Notes: a model not told the origin generated them from the letters alone. A stretch of DNA of 64,000 bases from an uncultured virus (IMG/VR IMGVR_UViG_3300011871_000003) (IMGVR_UViG_3300011871_000003); one strand, 5' to 3'; shown: positions 20,981-31,058, numbered from the stretch's first letter. Numbers and translations: made by a program.

Positions 20981-21065
20981 GCTCTGATGGTGGAATCGGT
21001 AGACGCGGCAGACTCAAAATCTGTTACCGAAAGGTGTGAGGGTTCAAGTCCCTCTTGGAGCACCA
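20981..21065 (+). tRNA. tRNA-Leu(CAA)
   Basis: Class II cloverleaf, GCAGA-CTCAAAA-TCTGT anticodon arm, long variable arm, CCA. Confidence 0.95.
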
Positions 21066-21078
21066 AATTATGTATTTA

Positions 21079-21113
21079 ACTTCCGGGGTACATCTAGGGT
21101 GACTTCCGGGGTA
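21079..21113. repeat. 12-nt direct repeat ACTTCCGGGGTA x2
   Basis: Copies at 21079 and 21102, just upstream of the 21129 promoter. Confidence 0.7.
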
Positions 21114-21211
21114 AAGTAGAAAAAGTTGTTGATTTTAAGCAGTTAAGTTGGTATATTGTAGTTCTTGAAGTAAAGAAGACTGGTTAAAACTCTAGCTTTT
21201 TATTATTAAGT

Positions 21212-21404
21212 GGATGAAGTCCCGGACTGACGGGAAAGTGTAAGACCTGATGGGAAGTAGATATCGCTGGACGTAATCGGTTAAGTAAGCACGTTGTAAT
21301 CCAGCACTGTCCCAATAAAGCTCCTGTGAAATCTTCGCCCCGGTGAGACTCCGGTGTTAACTAGCAGGTGTTATAGACAAGCTGGAGATCAGTGCCAGCC
21401 ATCC
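21212..21404 (+). ncRNA. structured ncRNA with tmRNA-like termini
   Basis: GGATG/CATCC terminal stem, 5' GGACTGACGGG, 3' GAC followed by GCTGG-loop-CCAGC T-arm-like hairpin; no CCA. Confidence 0.4.
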
Positions 21405-21666
21405 TAAAAAATAAGAAAATAGTAAAAAAGTAGTTGATTATGAGTTTGGGTTTTGGTAAGATGTAGTTCTTGAGGCGGCAATGAGTAGTAATGAAATTCC
21501 ACTACATTGTCTGTAAAGAGCAGAACTTTGAAGCCTCCTTTAATAAAATAGAAAACCTGACCGCTCTGCGATGCCGTAGGGCGAGTGATTAGGATAAGGC
21601 ATACTGCGTTTCGTGGGTGTTTTGTTTAAAGGCGAGAGAGGAATAATCATAAGCTCTCAAAACAAT

Positions 21667-21812
21667 GTCGTATTAGTTTAGTGGTAAAACAGAAGGCGTA
21701 GTCCGAAAACGTAGGTTTAATTCCTGCACTGTCCCAAAAGGAGAGTTGGCTGAGTGTTATAGCGCGGATAGTAGTTCTTCAAGTCTCAGGTTCGATTCCT
21801 GAAACGACACCA
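21667..21812 (+). ncRNA. double-tRNA RNA: a tRNA frame enclosing a circularly permuted second tRNA
   Basis: Outer GTCGT/ACGAC-A-CCA, D arm, GAAG/CTTC, T arm; inner TCCG/CGGA, GTAGG/CCTGC T arm, ACTGTCC/GGAGAGT acceptor, GCT/AGC D arm. Confidence 0.65.
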
Positions 21813-21860
21813 GATATTAGTAGCTAATACTATTATCAAAAAGAAGTAAGGTATTAAAAA

Positions 21861-22055
21861 GCTATTCAAGAGCACCCTCGTTTTAACATCAGTCTCGTAA
21901 ACTGATTAGAGTTAAGCGATTCTGTCGAAATACGTGAGATAGAGTTAACTGGTAGCCCTTCATTGACGCGGATTCGCCTCTGCTGAGAAGATTATAAGTA
22001 TTATTGCGTGATACGATGACTAAACTACCTATATGTTAACAAAGCTTGAATAGTT
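21861..22055 (+). ncRNA. candidate structured ncRNA
   Basis: GCTATTCAAG/CTTGAATAGT long closing stem; ORF-free. Confidence 0.4.
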
Positions 22056-22068
22056 TTAAATTAAAAAA

Positions 22069-22158
22069 TATCAGCAGTTGTTGGAACCAGTGAGGCGTTC
22101 TCCGAGTAATCAGGAGCGTAAACCTTACACCAGTCAGGTTCAAATCCTGATGCTGATA
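22069..22158 (+). ncRNA. tRNA-like RNA lacking a canonical D arm
   Basis: 8-bp TATCAGCA/TGCTGATA stem plus TCAGG-TTCAAAT-CCTGA T arm. Confidence 0.55.
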
Positions 22159-22676
22159 CAAGAATGCGTTCGCGTGTTCAGTTTCTGACTAAGGAGCGAT
22201 GACTCCAACCTAATTGCCAGTTAAATGTTCTGGTAGCTGGTGGAACAGCAAACAAAAAGTTACGTTTCTAAATAAAATAGACGGGGACGGGAAACTTAAA
22301 GCTAATGTCTAGATGGGGCCAGTTTTAGAATCTGGCATGTAGGTAAATCAGATTTCTTCCAAAGTAATTGGATTTACCAATCAAAAATACCTGATGTTGC
22401 GATCAGGGGCATTTTTATAAAAACGAGAGAAATCGCTGAGTGTTTGAGATATTTAAAGCCTCAAACTTCCTCGAACGCCACAAAATTTAAGTTGTGGTCC
22501 TTGCGTTAGAAATATCTGCGGGATAGCTTTTCCAAAGTGAAGTTTCTCAGCCGTCCAACTTGATAGCCCGAATGTGTACGCTTTGCTCGATCCAAAAGGA
22601 TTCTTGTTTAAAGATAATCATTCATTATGGGCAAATGATAGGGATACTGTCGTTTCGACGGGAGTTATTCAAGAAT

Positions 22677-22924
22677 TAGTGCTGTTCTTTAAACTAGCAC
22701 TCGCTTATAGGGTACTCACTATAAGTGTAAATTAATGAGTATAGCTTATAACTGTAGCATAAAAGGTTATAAGCGAATATTATCTGAATGCAGGTTGATT
22801 GCTATAGCGCTTGACGTAATCAATAACAAAGTTGGGGTGAGACTCCCCTTCTTTTCAAAAGGAGGTATAGTGTCTTGCTTCTTTAAATCGACACTCTTGC
22901 CATAGAAAGGTTACTCGCTATGGA
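22677..22924 (+). ncRNA. two copies of a double-hairpin RNA motif
   Basis: 22677-22727 and 22868-22924; shared TTCTTTAAA and GGT(T)ACTC loops with covarying stems. Confidence 0.5.
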
Positions 22925-23157
22925 ATAACAAGAAAAGAGGATGTCTTAGCCGGACTGAAGGCTTAGCGCCAGCCTGTTAGCCTATTAGGGCTGGATTGCG
23001 AAGTAGGAAAAGGCAGGTTGTCTTCAAACCGGTGTAGAAGGCAATATCGGCTCCTTTTCTAATTGGAAAGGAGTTTTATTTTACAAATACATAGACGTTA
23101 ATCAGTTGTTTTGTGGGAAGCCCGTAGCTGCTTCTGATCAGAAGCTCCCACTAAAAA

Positions 23158-23250
23158 GATTGTAAAAGTTGTAAGTTAAGATGGTCCAGACCTACGGGAG
23201 TGTTGCCCTTGATCAGGCATTAATGGTTCGAATCCAACGCTTTTACAATC
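23158..23250 (+). ncRNA. tRNA-like RNA with long terminal stem
   Basis: GATTGTAAAAG/CTTTTACAATC stem enclosing a TGG-TTCGAAT-CCA T-loop hairpin. Confidence 0.5.
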
Positions 23251-23333
23251 AAATTATAAAATTGGTTTTAAAAAGAAGAATAAATATAAAAAAGTATTGT
23301 TTTTCATAAAAGTTTTAGCTATAATGTTTTCAT

Positions 23334-23397
23334 TGGTTAGGGCGTGACGGAGTGCTTTAAGTAGCGCTGGGGTTCAAGTCCCTACATAAACTAATCA
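23334..23397 (+). ncRNA. minimal or degenerate tRNA-like RNA
   Basis: TGGTTAG/CTAATCA stem, AGTGCT/AGCGCT hairpin, GGGG-TTCAAGT-CCCT T arm. Confidence 0.4.
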
Positions 23398-23450
23398 TAG
23401 GAAAAGACTAATATACATCCCTATCAGAGATAGGCAGTGTTTTCCGCAAT

Positions 23451-23535
23451 GCTCCGGTGGCGAAATTGGTAACCGCATTAGGTTTAGGTCCTAACGCCGC
23501 AAGGTTTGTCGGTTCGAGTCCGACCCGGAGTACCA
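23451..23535 (+). tRNA. tRNA-Leu(TAG)
   Basis: Class II cloverleaf, TTAGG-TTTAGGT-CCTAA anticodon arm, CCA. Confidence 0.95.
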
Positions 23536-23539
23536 AACT

Positions 23540-24120
23540 CAAAAGAATAACAGGTGAGACTGATGCTGTTATATCTTCATTTTTCTGTCTGGTTTGAGTT
23601 CCAAAAAGACAGACGGGTATAAGTTCGCTGAAGACGAAAAGGAATGCGAATGTTGACTGGCAGCTTGAACCAGTAGGTGACAACCTTCACCGTTAACTTA
23701 GTCAGATGGTTACAGTTAGTTTAGAGTGTTTATTCGAGTGCCGTCGAGCAATCTCCAAATGCTTAAAACTAAGAGAAGAACGTAGCTATGGCTAACCACC
23801 AGATGCTATAAGCTATAGCCACAAGATAAAGGCCCACTTCAAGCCGTGGTTGAAAAATTTATTAGGGAAGTATAGGGTGGTTCCTTGTTCCCGATTTCTG
23901 TTAGCTTTATTATATGTAACTATTTCTGGTATATGTGATATAAGCTCTCAGAGCCAAGTGAATCCGTAAGCTAATACGGTATGGTTGAGCAGACATGATG
24001 CTGTTGATATTGTTATCCGCAAAACGAATTTGCAACTCGTAAGCGTCTCCATAAACGGCAGTTAAGTAGGAGAATTAGCCCCTACCACTTGTAACTTGAA
24101 ATATCTTAAAGGAACATCTA
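23540..24120 (+). ncRNA. candidate large structured ncRNA(s) downstream of tRNA-Leu
   Basis: ~580 nt without a credible ORF, GC-richer than the coding DNA, many hairpins; boundaries approximate. Confidence 0.4.
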
Positions 24121-24148
24121 CGACTTTAAGGTAAAAATGAAGTAGAAA

Positions 24149-24440
24149 AGAGGAAGTTGGTTATACCATCGTGTAAAAAATCTTGTTTATTTAGTATCAG
24201 GTCATTATAAAGCGAACAAAAAATGACTGAGAAAAGGGACTGGCCCTGACGGATTTTGCGACGAATCGTGAAGCTTCCTCTAATTTGAATATTTAAATAA
24301 ATTAATAGTTAGATAAAAATAAGTTGGCGTTAACGCGCTATCGTAAATGACTGAGGCAAGTATTTGGTAATCACAAAAGCGAACAAAAGATTACAAAGAA
24401 AAGCACACTCTACGACGAATCGTAAAATTTTATAAACTAA
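24149..24440 (+). ncRNA. tandem pair of a ~130-nt structured RNA motif
   Basis: Shared AAGTTGG, AAAGCGAACAAAA, GAAAAG, CGACGAATCGT in the same order; covarying stem GTCATT/AATGAC vs GTAATC/GATTAC. Confidence 0.6.
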
Positions 24441-24542
24441 TAGGATTTTTTAAAATGTTTAAAAATGTTTGTGTAGCTCCTGCCAACATGGGGCATTAGT
24501 CTGGAACAAGCGAAGCCGGGGATGACTATAACCCGGACCATT

Positions 24543-24643
24543 GGTTGTTGGATAGCTGGACACTATGACAGGCGATAAAACAGGTAGCAATACCCTATTG
24601 TGTAGGCTGTTAAGGGCAGGTTCAAATCCTGCGGCAACCACCA
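24543..24643 (+). ncRNA. tRNA-like RNA with CCA end and non-canonical core
   Basis: GGTTGTT/GGCAACC-A-CCA acceptor, GCAGG-TTCAAAT-CCTGC T arm; no standard D or anticodon arm. Confidence 0.6.
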
Positions 24644-24667
24644 CTTCAAAACATGAGAGGTTTTACA

Positions 24668-24892
24668 ATGAAAAAAATCACTCCACATCTGGTAAAAAAG
24701 TTATTCTCAAGAAAATCTCCTCAAAAAAGTTACAACGAGAAACGTTTATTTAAAGCTCTGAAAGAAAATCAAGGAACCTATACCATTAATAAAGATGGTA
24801 TTGTTAAGCTTGATCTAAGCAATCCATTAACTCAAGAAAGAATAATTGAGCAAATAAATAAATGTGGAAATATTAAAACAGAGAGAGCTTAG
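24668..24892 (+). CDS. small hypothetical protein
   Basis: GAGG SD; ends in TAG followed by a terminator-like hairpin. Confidence 0.6.
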   Translation: MKKITPHLVKKLFSRKSPQKSYNEKRLFKALKENQGTYTINKDGIVKLDLSNPLTQERIIEQINKCGNIKTERA

Positions 24893-24979
24893 GCTCTCTT
24901 TTTTGCGTAAATAAATAGATTGCAAGAGATAACAACAATATGTATAATAGCTCAACATTAATCTAAAAAGGTAAAAATA

Positions 24980-26344
24980 ATGACTCTGACCGTAGTAATT
25001 AAACATAATGGTAAAGTAAATAAAGCAGGTAAGTTGAGCGTTATTGATGAGCAAGGAAAAACATTGCTTTCAAAAATTCCTGTAGCAATCCCATTAAAAC
25101 TAAGCAAGAGTTCTTTAGAATATAGCTGTATGGCTAAGGTAATGTCTTTTAATCTTAATAGAGACTTACTTAAAGAAACCTTTAAAGATATCGAAAAAGA
25201 TAAAACGCAATATAAGAATGCGTTTAATGATTTTACAGAAAACGGTATCAATAATAGCTTTATTGTAGCTAATACTATTGTTATTGCTTGTGATCAAGTA
25301 TTGGTAAATGATGAAACAGCTTTCATTATTAAAGATAAAGATTTTAAAACTTTAGTATCTATTCTTTCTCAAAGTGGTAAATCTTTTAAAGTTGAAGTTA
25401 AACATTCATCGTTTATGTTCTTCTTGGAAGATGTTTCTGATTATCAGGTAAAAAATGTACAAGATTTTTACTTCAAAATGCAACAAGAAGAAGTAAATCT
25501 GTCAAACAAAGTTAAAGTTCTGAAAGAAAAAGAACAGCAAAAACAGAAGATTATTACTAAAGTTTCTCAAAAAAATGTAGTTAGTCAGAGGAATAATTTT
25601 GACACTGATCTACTAAATGACCTACTAACTTTTTATAATCCAGAGTTGGCATTAATGTTTAGACCACATTCTACTCTTGCGTGGTTCTTATACTTTAATG
25701 ATTTAGGTGATAATATTAATCAACGTATCATTGATGATAATATCCATAATATTTCTGGTTTTGAAAATGTAGCTTCGAGTGAAGTACGTCATAATCCAGA
25801 GGGTTACACTGTCAAACTTTTTGATGACGTAGATAAAACAAATGAAGTTGGTGTATTGAAGTTTGATACAGCAACTAATTCATGTGAGCTAAAAACTGAA
25901 ACAGGTGAGAAAAATATTATTGTTCCTGATGAATCAGGCAAATTGAATGTTGAGTTTATTTCCAAAAATGGAAGCTCAACAAGTCTGGAAATGGTTCAGG
26001 ATGGTGATAATTTTATTGGTAACTGGCAGACAAATCAGGTTGGAACAGCTCTTGGCGCTGGATTTACATTAGATAGTTCTTTTGATTTTTGTTCTAATGT
26101 AGGAAAAGCAAATGATCTTTCGGGTTATCTATATGTTCCTGAGAAGGAAGTAGAGCAAGAAAATTTTGTAGCTCCTGTAGAGGTGGAAAAAGAAGTTATT
26201 AATCATCAAGCAAGCGTTGTTGAAGATAATAATGTATTCAACCAAACAGTAAGCCCTAGCTATGAACCTGTATACGAAAGTCCAGTTCAAACATCAGCAA
26301 CAGATAATAGTTCTTGGGCGAGTGCTGATCCATATTCAAACTAA
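24980..26344 (+). CDS. hypothetical protein
   Basis: 454 aa, low-complexity C-terminus. Confidence 0.8.
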   Translation: MTLTVVIKHNGKVNKAGKLSVIDEQGKTLLSKIPVAIPLKLSKSSLEYSCMAKVMSFNLNRDLLKETFKDIEKDKTQYKNAFNDFTENGINNSFIVANTIVIACDQVLVNDETAFIIKDKDFKTLVSILSQSGKSFKVEVKHSSFMFFLEDVSDYQVKNVQDFYFKMQQEEVNLSNKVKVLKEKEQQKQKIITKVSQKNVVSQRNNFDTDLLNDLLTFYNPELALMFRPHSTLAWFLYFNDLGDNINQRIIDDNIHNISGFENVASSEVRHNPEGYTVKLFDDVDKTNEVGVLKFDTATNSCELKTETGEKNIIVPDESGKLNVEFISKNGSSTSLEMVQDGDNFIGNWQTNQVGTALGAGFTLDSSFDFCSNVGKANDLSGYLYVPEKEVEQENFVAPVEVEKEVINHQASVVEDNNVFNQTVSPSYEPVYESPVQTSATDNSSWASADPYSN

Positions 26345-26377
26345 AAAAAAGAAAAGGGGGCTATGCTCCCTTTTTTA

Positions 26378-26956
26378 TTATATGTTATACCTATCTTTAA
26401 CCTCATTATATTTTCTTCCCTCACTATCCAAAATATCTTTGTCCCAATATTGTTCTAATATATTTATCATTTCTTCTGGCAACGGATAGACTGAGAATAA
26501 GTTATGGGCATTATAGCAATGATGTATTAAAGGCCATTTTTCACAACGAGCTAAATGAACAAACTGAGGTGTAAATAAAATATTAGGATCAGAGCCTTTT
26601 CCCAATAAAAGTTTCAGACCTGATATTCCATGCTCTAAATGACTTTGCCATACTCCGGGACAATAAATAAAATTAGTTAATGCAGTTCTTCCATATTTGT
26701 CTTGAACATTAACATTAATGTTTTTATGCGTTAAAACATACGCTATTAAATCATTTGAGATGGACAAGTCATAATGATATGGATTTAAAGTAAGTAGATG
26801 AAGTATGGTGCTACCTAAATCTGTTAATGGTTTATTCGGATCAAGAGAACTCCAATTAAGATAGGAACATCCCGCATCTAATAGTATTTCTCTAATGAAA
26901 TCTTCTTCTGTCCATTTAGATTTTTTACGTGCCAGCTCTAATGATATTGTATTCAT
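26378..26956 (-). CDS. ankyrin-repeat protein
   Basis: GSTILHLL, NVNVQDKYGRTAL, LKLLLGKGSDPN motifs. Confidence 0.75.
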   Translation of the reverse strand: MNTISLELARKKSKWTEEDFIREILLDAGCSYLNWSSLDPNKPLTDLGSTILHLLTLNPYHYDLSISNDLIAYVLTHKNINVNVQDKYGRTALTNFIYCPGVWQSHLEHGISGLKLLLGKGSDPNILFTPQFVHLARCEKWPLIHHCYNAHNLFSVYPLPEEMINILEQYWDKDILDSEGRKYNEVKDRYNI

Positions 26957-27111
26957 AATAACCTCTTGTATTTTATTTCATCATTTTATAATAAAGTTTT
27001 TAGTTAAATCAAAAATAGAAAAAACAACATTTTATTTTGTGATAATGGATGGGAAAATGCCTGAAAGAGTTGCAATAAAAAAGCCTGCTTCAGCAGGCTT
27101 TGAAAATAACA

Positions 27112-29461
27112 TTAAGAATAAATAACTTTAAGATAACGCTCAAGCATAAGTTTCATAGAGAAGTTTTCTATAATATGCTTATATGCGCTCTCTGCTCTTT
27201 CTGAGACTGTTTTGTAGTTATAAACAGTAAAAGACATGGCTTCATGTAATAACATCGCATCAGGCTTTTCAGGAAGCAGAATACCTGTCTCATTATTGAT
27301 TACTTCTTTGGTGCCACCACTGTCATTTGTAATACATGGCAGTTTACAAGAAGCACTTTCTAAAACCATATTAGGAGAACCTTGATGAGTTCCTAAAATA
27401 ATAATAGAGTGGTAATCTTTCATGATGCTGCGAGGATCATCAATATTCCCCTTAAATTTAACAACTTCATTTTTAATCAAATCTGAATAATCAGAGCATA
27501 GCTTTTCGTAATAAGAAATATTATAGGGTTCAACACTACCATAAAAATCAATACAAACATTTTTATTTACCTCATACAGCTTTCTAAAAGCTTGTAGGAT
27601 AGTCTCAATATGTTTGCTTTCAGTAATACGTCCACATACTAAGAATTTAAATACACCATCAACACCGGAGAGTGTTTTTACATATTCAGGCATAACAGGA
27701 ACACCATTAGGAATAATAACAGTATCTTGTTTAAGATGTTTTTTATAATCTTGGTCTAAATGAGAGTTATCAAATTTAGAAACAAAAGTCTTAATGTTTT
27801 CAAAATACGGTTCTTTATTGAAGTAAATAGNNNNNNNNNNAAATAGCTTCTTGGAAAGCAATTTGATTATCCATTTCATTAAAACAATAATCACCGGGAC
27901 TAACATCGATAATATCTACATAATGTCCAGCCAGTTTGCTTAACAGGAGTTTAACTTTAGAATCGACATTCCAAATAATAATACGATTGATTTCATTTTC
28001 AAAGATGTATTTAAGAAGGTTTGAGCCAATAGTAAAAACATCGATATGAGAATGACACAAATAATGCTCAATTTTTTTATCAATAATCTGCTTGTAAAAA
28101 CCAGTATAGTTAGACTGATTAAGTAGGATTAATGGGATATGGATATCATTATCCTTCATTTCTGAAAGAAGGTTAACTAAAGAGCGTTGAGCACCACCTA
28201 AGTTTAAATTCGATGTCAAAAAAGCGGGCTTGATTTCTTTATTTTTCGGTTTATTTGGAATAAAGTTAAACAAAGACCAAACATTATGACTACCATATGT
28301 AATGTGATTGATAAGGTTTTTATTTTCATCATTCATTGTGACACGTTTAGAATGATTTTCTTCAATAAGCGTAGCAATATGCTCTACAAGTTTTTTATAC
28401 TCGTAAAGTTCTTGAGATTTATCATAATCAACATCATCAGAAGTTAAATCAATACTAAGATTTTTGGTATCAATGTTATTTAAAGCTTCTGGAATATCAA
28501 AAAAGTGAAGTTGTTTATTATTATCAAAAATTTCTGACTGACCAGAAACATTTGATACCACCATTTGTAATCCGTTCATAATAAACTCTTGTGTTGCCAT
28601 AGATAGACCTTCAAAATGGCTAACATTAAGGCCAATATCAAACATATTTAACCATTCAACAGCATTATCTTTGAACCCCGGTAATGTAATATTTTTTTGA
28701 ACATTAAGAGTGTTTGCTTTTTTAAGGATATCAAAGTAAACAGGCATGTTGGATTGTTCAAATCCACCAAGAATAACCAGTTTATAACGTGGATCTTTTC
28801 TTGATAAGTGAGCAATAACATCCAGAGCTAAGAAGTAGTTTTTTTGTAAACAAATGCGCCCTGTCATACCAATAACAATATCGTCATTTTTAAACTTAAA
28901 ATGATGGCGATAAGTATCACGAGTTTTAGGGTTAAATTGAAAATGCTTATAAATAATCTGATGACGAACAGTGAAGATTGTTTTATCAGTTACTTCTTTG
29001 AGTTGTTTTGTTACATATTTGCAAACGGAAATCAAAGAAATAACTTGAGGATGATTAAATACTTCTTCTGTATTACTCCAGCCTTTTTTATCATTATGAA
29101 TAACAATATGAAGGTTTAGACCTAAGCTAAAAAGATAATGAGAAATCTTATCATTGATTAAATGGCAAACAAGAGGCTTGCCATCAAAAGCAACCTGTTT
29201 TAATAACATTTCACCATTCTCAATTTTATTGTTCAGCCGAACAATATTCACATTTGGAGGAATGGAATGTTCTTGATTTTTATCATAGATAACAAAAAGT
29301 GTGACTTTATGTGGTGCTTTCTGATAAAAGTTAGCCCACAATTGGTCAGATACGATTTTCTCTGCGCCACCAAGATTAAGGCTTGTCAAAAGAATGTAGA
29401 TATGGTCTTTTTCTTCTTTGAAAGCTGGAAGCCAAGATTCTTGATTGATAATGTTATTCAT
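27112..29461 (-). CDS. glycosyltransferase with two tandem GT4 (GT-B) modules, split by N gap at 27831-27840
   Basis: Two LNLGGA(E/Q) starts; GRICLQKN and GRITESKH; EGLSMATQE and QGSPNMVLE; the two track ORFs join across the gap. Confidence 0.85.
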
Positions 29462-29609
29462 TTTTCCCGTTTACCGTATGTAAGAATGAGTAGCTATTAT
29501 AACAACATAGAAACTATAAAGCTATGTTTTTTTATGACGTTCTAATATTTTTCTTCACTATAATATGAAAAAGTGATACGATATTGTCATCTATTAAGAA
29601 GGAGATAAA

Positions 29610-30272
29610 ATGTCCAAAACCAATTATGAATTAAAAGAAAATATATCTATAGGAGCTGGTGGCAAACATGTAGAACTATCTTTTTTCTTTAAAGATGAGC
29701 ATGTTGTTACAGCCTCAAAGTTATTCGATCCATCAAATGAAAATAACAATCATGAATGGGATATGTTTTTCCGTGGAGAGTTAAGATTAACAAGAAAAGA
29801 ACAGCAGGATCTTAACTTTGCTTTAATGAGATTGAGTGATGCTATGGGGGATTTTGATTATAATATCCAAAAAGAAATCGAGATAGAGAATATTAAAAAG
29901 ATTGGTGTAGATAATAGCCAATGTTATTTTCCTGATGGAATAGAAGGATATTGGAGAAGCAATCCCAAAAAAGATGAAACAGGATTACCTTTCCCGGTGG
30001 TAAATGAAGTAAATGTGCCAGAATATTCTAAAGAAGAGTTTTTAAAAGCTCTAGCTAAAAAAGAATCAAATGCCTCAAAGGTTCAGTTTAAAGGTTGGTC
30101 TAATTGTAGATTAACAGGAGAACCTAATGGAAGTGCCGAATATCGTAAAAATGGTTGGTCTTGGCCTAGTGGATACATGAGTTATATTGAAAAAGGCGTA
30201 TTGCCAAGTCGTAAGTTTTACCAGTTCGTAATGGGCAAGGATTTAGAAGAACTTATAGATTATCATAATTGA
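29610..30272 (+). CDS. phage hypothetical protein
   Basis: 220 aa; KGWSNCRL..EPNGSAEY...WPSGY..YI motif. Confidence 0.75.
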   Translation: MSKTNYELKENISIGAGGKHVELSFFFKDEHVVTASKLFDPSNENNNHEWDMFFRGELRLTRKEQQDLNFALMRLSDAMGDFDYNIQKEIEIENIKKIGVDNSQCYFPDGIEGYWRSNPKKDETGLPFPVVNEVNVPEYSKEEFLKALAKKESNASKVQFKGWSNCRLTGEPNGSAEYRKNGWSWPSGYMSYIEKGVLPSRKFYQFVMGKDLEELIDYHN

Positions 30273-30299
30273 AAGAAAGCCTCTGACGAGGCTTTTTTG

Positions 30300-31058
30300 T
30301 TATTTGGTATTTAAGAATGTTAATTTATTTGTTTTTTCATCAAAATTAGCAAGAGTAAAAGTATCATCCAAGAACATTGTATCAATCCATACCATATTAT
30401 GATGAATAAAAGGTTCAGTAACACCTACATGACCGTGGAAAATATAGTCAATCCCTTTAATAGCTTTAAATGTATTAAGAACATTTTCTTTTTCTTGTCC
30501 TCCTTCATTATGCGCATTTCTTAACTTACGATGCAGATCTACATCTTGATATAGCTGTTCTCTATAATCAGGATCTTTTTTAGCAAGTTTAATAATATCA
30601 TTCCAATTTTCCGTATTCTCATACAAAAGAGGAGCACAAGCATGAATAACACCAAACGTCTTACCACGATGATGAACTTCAAGAATAATAGGAAATTTTT
30701 TAACAATAAGGTCAGTAAAGTATTTCACGCCTTCCCAACCCAACTGTTCAAGTGTTTTATCTCCACCATTACCCATGTAAAGCCATAAATCTCTGTTATA
30801 AGGTTCATGAACATTAATCATCATTTCTTCATGATTACCAATAACAGCATGGTAATTAGGTTTATGAAGGAAATCAAAAAGCAAAGGAGCTACCCCGTTG
30901 CCACGGTCAATAAGATCTCCAACAGCAATAATGTAATCGCCTTCCACAACTCCAGCAATTCCTATAGCGTCATTAAAGTTTTTATAGTCTCCATGAATAT
31001 CTCCAATAAAAAAGAGATTAACGTCATCTGGAACAACTATTTTTTTATGTATAATCAT
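30300..31058 (-). CDS. serine/threonine protein phosphatase-like metallophosphoesterase (NinI/PphA-like)
   Basis: GDIHG, GDLIDRG, GNHE, HGH and IDT motifs. Confidence 0.9.
   Translation of the reverse strand: MIIHKKIVVPDDVNLFFIGDIHGDYKNFNDAIGIAGVVEGDYIIAVGDLIDRGNGVAPLLFDFLHKPNYHAVIGNHEEMMINVHEPYNRDLWLYMGNGGDKTLEQLGWEGVKYFTDLIVKKFPIILEVHHRGKTFGVIHACAPLLYENTENWNDIIKLAKKDPDYREQLYQDVDLHRKLRNAHNEGGQEKENVLNTFKAIKGIDYIFHGHVGVTEPFIHHNMVWIDTMFLDDTFTLANFDEKTNKLTFLNTK

Noticed and set aside
24488..24496. ACATGGGGC match to the CRISPR repeat as a possible anti-repeat or solitary repeat
   Set aside because: Only 9 nt, same orientation, no handle; compatible with chance.
23408..24753. Track ORFs 23408..23683, 24459..24644 and 24565..24753
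   Set aside because: They overlap tRNA or tRNA-like genes and lack phage-like coding features.
12914..27840. Frameshifts at 12914-12923 and 27831-27840 and the hybrid ORF 15950..16162
   Set aside because: All coincide with N gaps and are assembly artefacts.
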